DNA of 64,000 bases from Botryllus schlosseri. Its lineage: Eukaryota. The stretch is from contig CM119371.1 in NCBI GenBank assembly GCA_051294905.1, positions 4,652,001 to 4,716,000 on the forward strand, given 5' to 3'. This document shows positions 61,901-64,000 of the stretch, piece after piece. A program made the translations under genes and the position numbers. The notes under the pieces are model-generated. The model saw only the letters and a program-made list of their open reading frames with translations. It was not told the origin of the DNA and made no database searches. Each line of letters begins with the position of its first letter. Within the stretch, counting starts at the first letter, position 1.

Positions 61901-64000
61901 TCATTCCGCACAGCCCAAGTGCCAACAATCTTTTCGGCAACGTCACATACGAGCAAGAGCCGAAATTTGGATCTATGATATCTCTATAACTTGACATGAA
62001 TTTGAAAATGACATGGATTTCAAGATATCGGACAGATTTCCGTCAATGTCAGTTGACAAACTTGAGTTGCACAGAGAATGTATGATATTCTTCAGTTGTG
62101 AAAGTCATGAATGGTATAAAATCTCTGATCCGTACAAGTAGGCCTACATGTAAGAGGGAAGTCGATTGAAAATGAAATCAATTAGGCTACTGATTACATA
62201 AATACCAACCTATATTTATAGCAAAATTCAAAGTCGGATTTGTATGCATCAATTTGAGGTTCCAATTCTGCCATATGAAAGTCCAATGATTGATTACTGC
62301 ATATGATGGCCGCTTCTTACTTGTCACATATGTTTCTGTGTCTCTATATTAGTAGCACCTGTCAAGTAAAGAAATAAGATGATACAGCTTTGAAATAATA
62401 GCACTGCAATTGTGACGAGGGATGCAAAAATTCGTTTTCTTTGCAAAAGCATTTTCTTCGCATTTTCTTCGCAAAATCATAATAGGTTAAAATGTGGATT
62501 GGTAGGTTTTATGACCTCATAAAAAGAAAGTCTATACTCAGCATGGAGCCAGGCAAGAACTCGAATTTGCACAACTTGTTGGCAGGTTACAGGCTACAAT
62601 ATTACCCTAGTTTGACGCTTGATACCCAACACGTAACCCGATCACCAGGATGCAGGATTTTGCCAAGTCTTGCTGATAATAACGTTAAAAGTCTCTGCAA
62701 TATGCAGTAGCTAAGGCTGGGCACAATGATTTGAGTCGAGTAATGATTGAGGATGTTTTCGAGCACCGAAATGATACGATCCTTGCCACTCGACAAAAAT
62801 TATAGTTTTGTTAGCACTGTCCACAAGGGTTGTTCAAAAACAACTTTTTTTCTTCAGATTCTGGGGATTCACCGATCAAGTTGTTAGGTTGCCTAAAAAA
62901 GGCTGCACAACAAATTTTGCTCAATTCCAATCAGCCGAATTCAATCAAAATTTTTGTCTTTATTAAAACAAATTTTTTTTTTGTAAATTCTATTGTCAAT
63001 CCCTTTAATTTGTTAAGCTATCTGCAAAAACAATACAAAAGAAATTTGACGCGATTCCAACCCGTGGAAGCAAAGTGATTTGATTTTTTCATCTATTTTT
63101 CTGGGATTAGCCTACCCACCATCAATGCTATTTTTGCGAATCCAAACCAGCAATAACTTCACTACTACTGGTTGGAAGTGAGAGAGAATTGTTATGCATC
63201 ACTCTTTCAGGCAATTTCATCGGATTAACAGTAAAATTTGAAAATATGTAATTTTTGTATAAATTTAAAAATGTCAATCGGCTCTTCCGCGGCTTCGGCT
63301 GTTTGGAATTGAGCCATATTTGATGGGCAGCCTCTGAGAGGTCATGATCTACCCACAGCATTGTCACTAAGTGGAATGAAATAGGTGTGGTCGAAAAGAT
63401 ACGAAATCATCTTCAATGTGATGCAGAATTGCAAATATGGCATTATATTTTTGTGGTCGCGTAAAAGGTACTTAACCGTACTTCCCACATCCTCCATACT
63501 GTTATGACGTCATATTGAGTGATACTCGAACACTCGACTCTAATGCTAATACTGGATCCAGAATCAAATCACTCAGTTGCTCGAATTTTCCCAGTCCTAC
63601 CACTGAGACCCTCACGATTCCCGTTTAATAAACTTCCAGATAGATGTTCTTATATACTCACAAAACACAGCCCATCGAGCAGGTCTCCACATCGAAACTG
63701 TGCCCACTCTTTCCGATAACTTGCGGGCAATATAGTTGAGGGTGCGGCAAAAAGTATTTTTTGTTTGGCCGTCAAAGTCGACTTTGGTAGCCAAGATGAA
63801 ATCTTTGATCATCACCTCCATATCGTTCAGGAATAGATTCCAATCTGTAGATATAAATTCAATATTCGATGACACAGGTATACAAACTTGTACAAACTAC
63901 CAATGTAGTTAGTTGGTGGTCCACTCACAACTGCCATTTTGAGGAGTTCTGGTTTTAGTTGAATAATGTAAAAGCAAATTGTTGTAGTTGCATCTACAGA
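52210..64000 (-). repeat. Right arm of large inverted segmental duplication (continues past the window end)
   Basis: Reverse complement of ~13170-26070; the last bases of the window still align to ~13175-13225. Confidence 0.93.
60243..63844 (-). pseudogene. PLK1: Mirror copy of the scrambled PLK1 pseudo-exon cluster
   Basis: 63844-63662 ([40 protein letters not shown]), 62358-62210 (linker), 61214-61107 (..LHDCKIIHRGIK), 60409-60243 (MLACDRFQRPSVKKVLESEYFNGYIPQKLPTTCLSMAPRFSESQLQRRRPLYSLN). Confidence 0.9.

Overview
AT-rich eukaryotic (metazoan, invertebrate-like by inference) genomic DNA with GT-AG introns. Most ORFs in the supplied track are spurious. Only two long intact coding regions are supported, both C2H2 zinc-finger arrays with no effector domain visible: 6725-9088 (28 units, minisatellite-like) and 45360-46208 (10 units). 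The dominant hidden structure is a set of Polo-like kinase 1 (PLK1/polo) pseudo-exons. About 33 spliced-exon relics occur as tandem, partly order-scrambled copies on the + strand (1.5-26 kb) and as a mirror-image copy on the - strand (52-64 kb). Together they form an inverted duplication with ~12-13 kb arms around a ~26 kb spacer; the right arm runs off the window. The spacer and introns are full of nested transposons: many hAT-type non-autonomous elements with 8-bp TSDs and family-specific subterminal motif arrays, a Kolobok element (transposase + KolX relics), two Penelope-like retroelement ends carrying a minimal hammerhead-ribozyme motif, two 5'-truncated LINEs, a solo LTR and tRNA-derived SINE heads. 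All alignments and translations were done by eye; identities were not computed.
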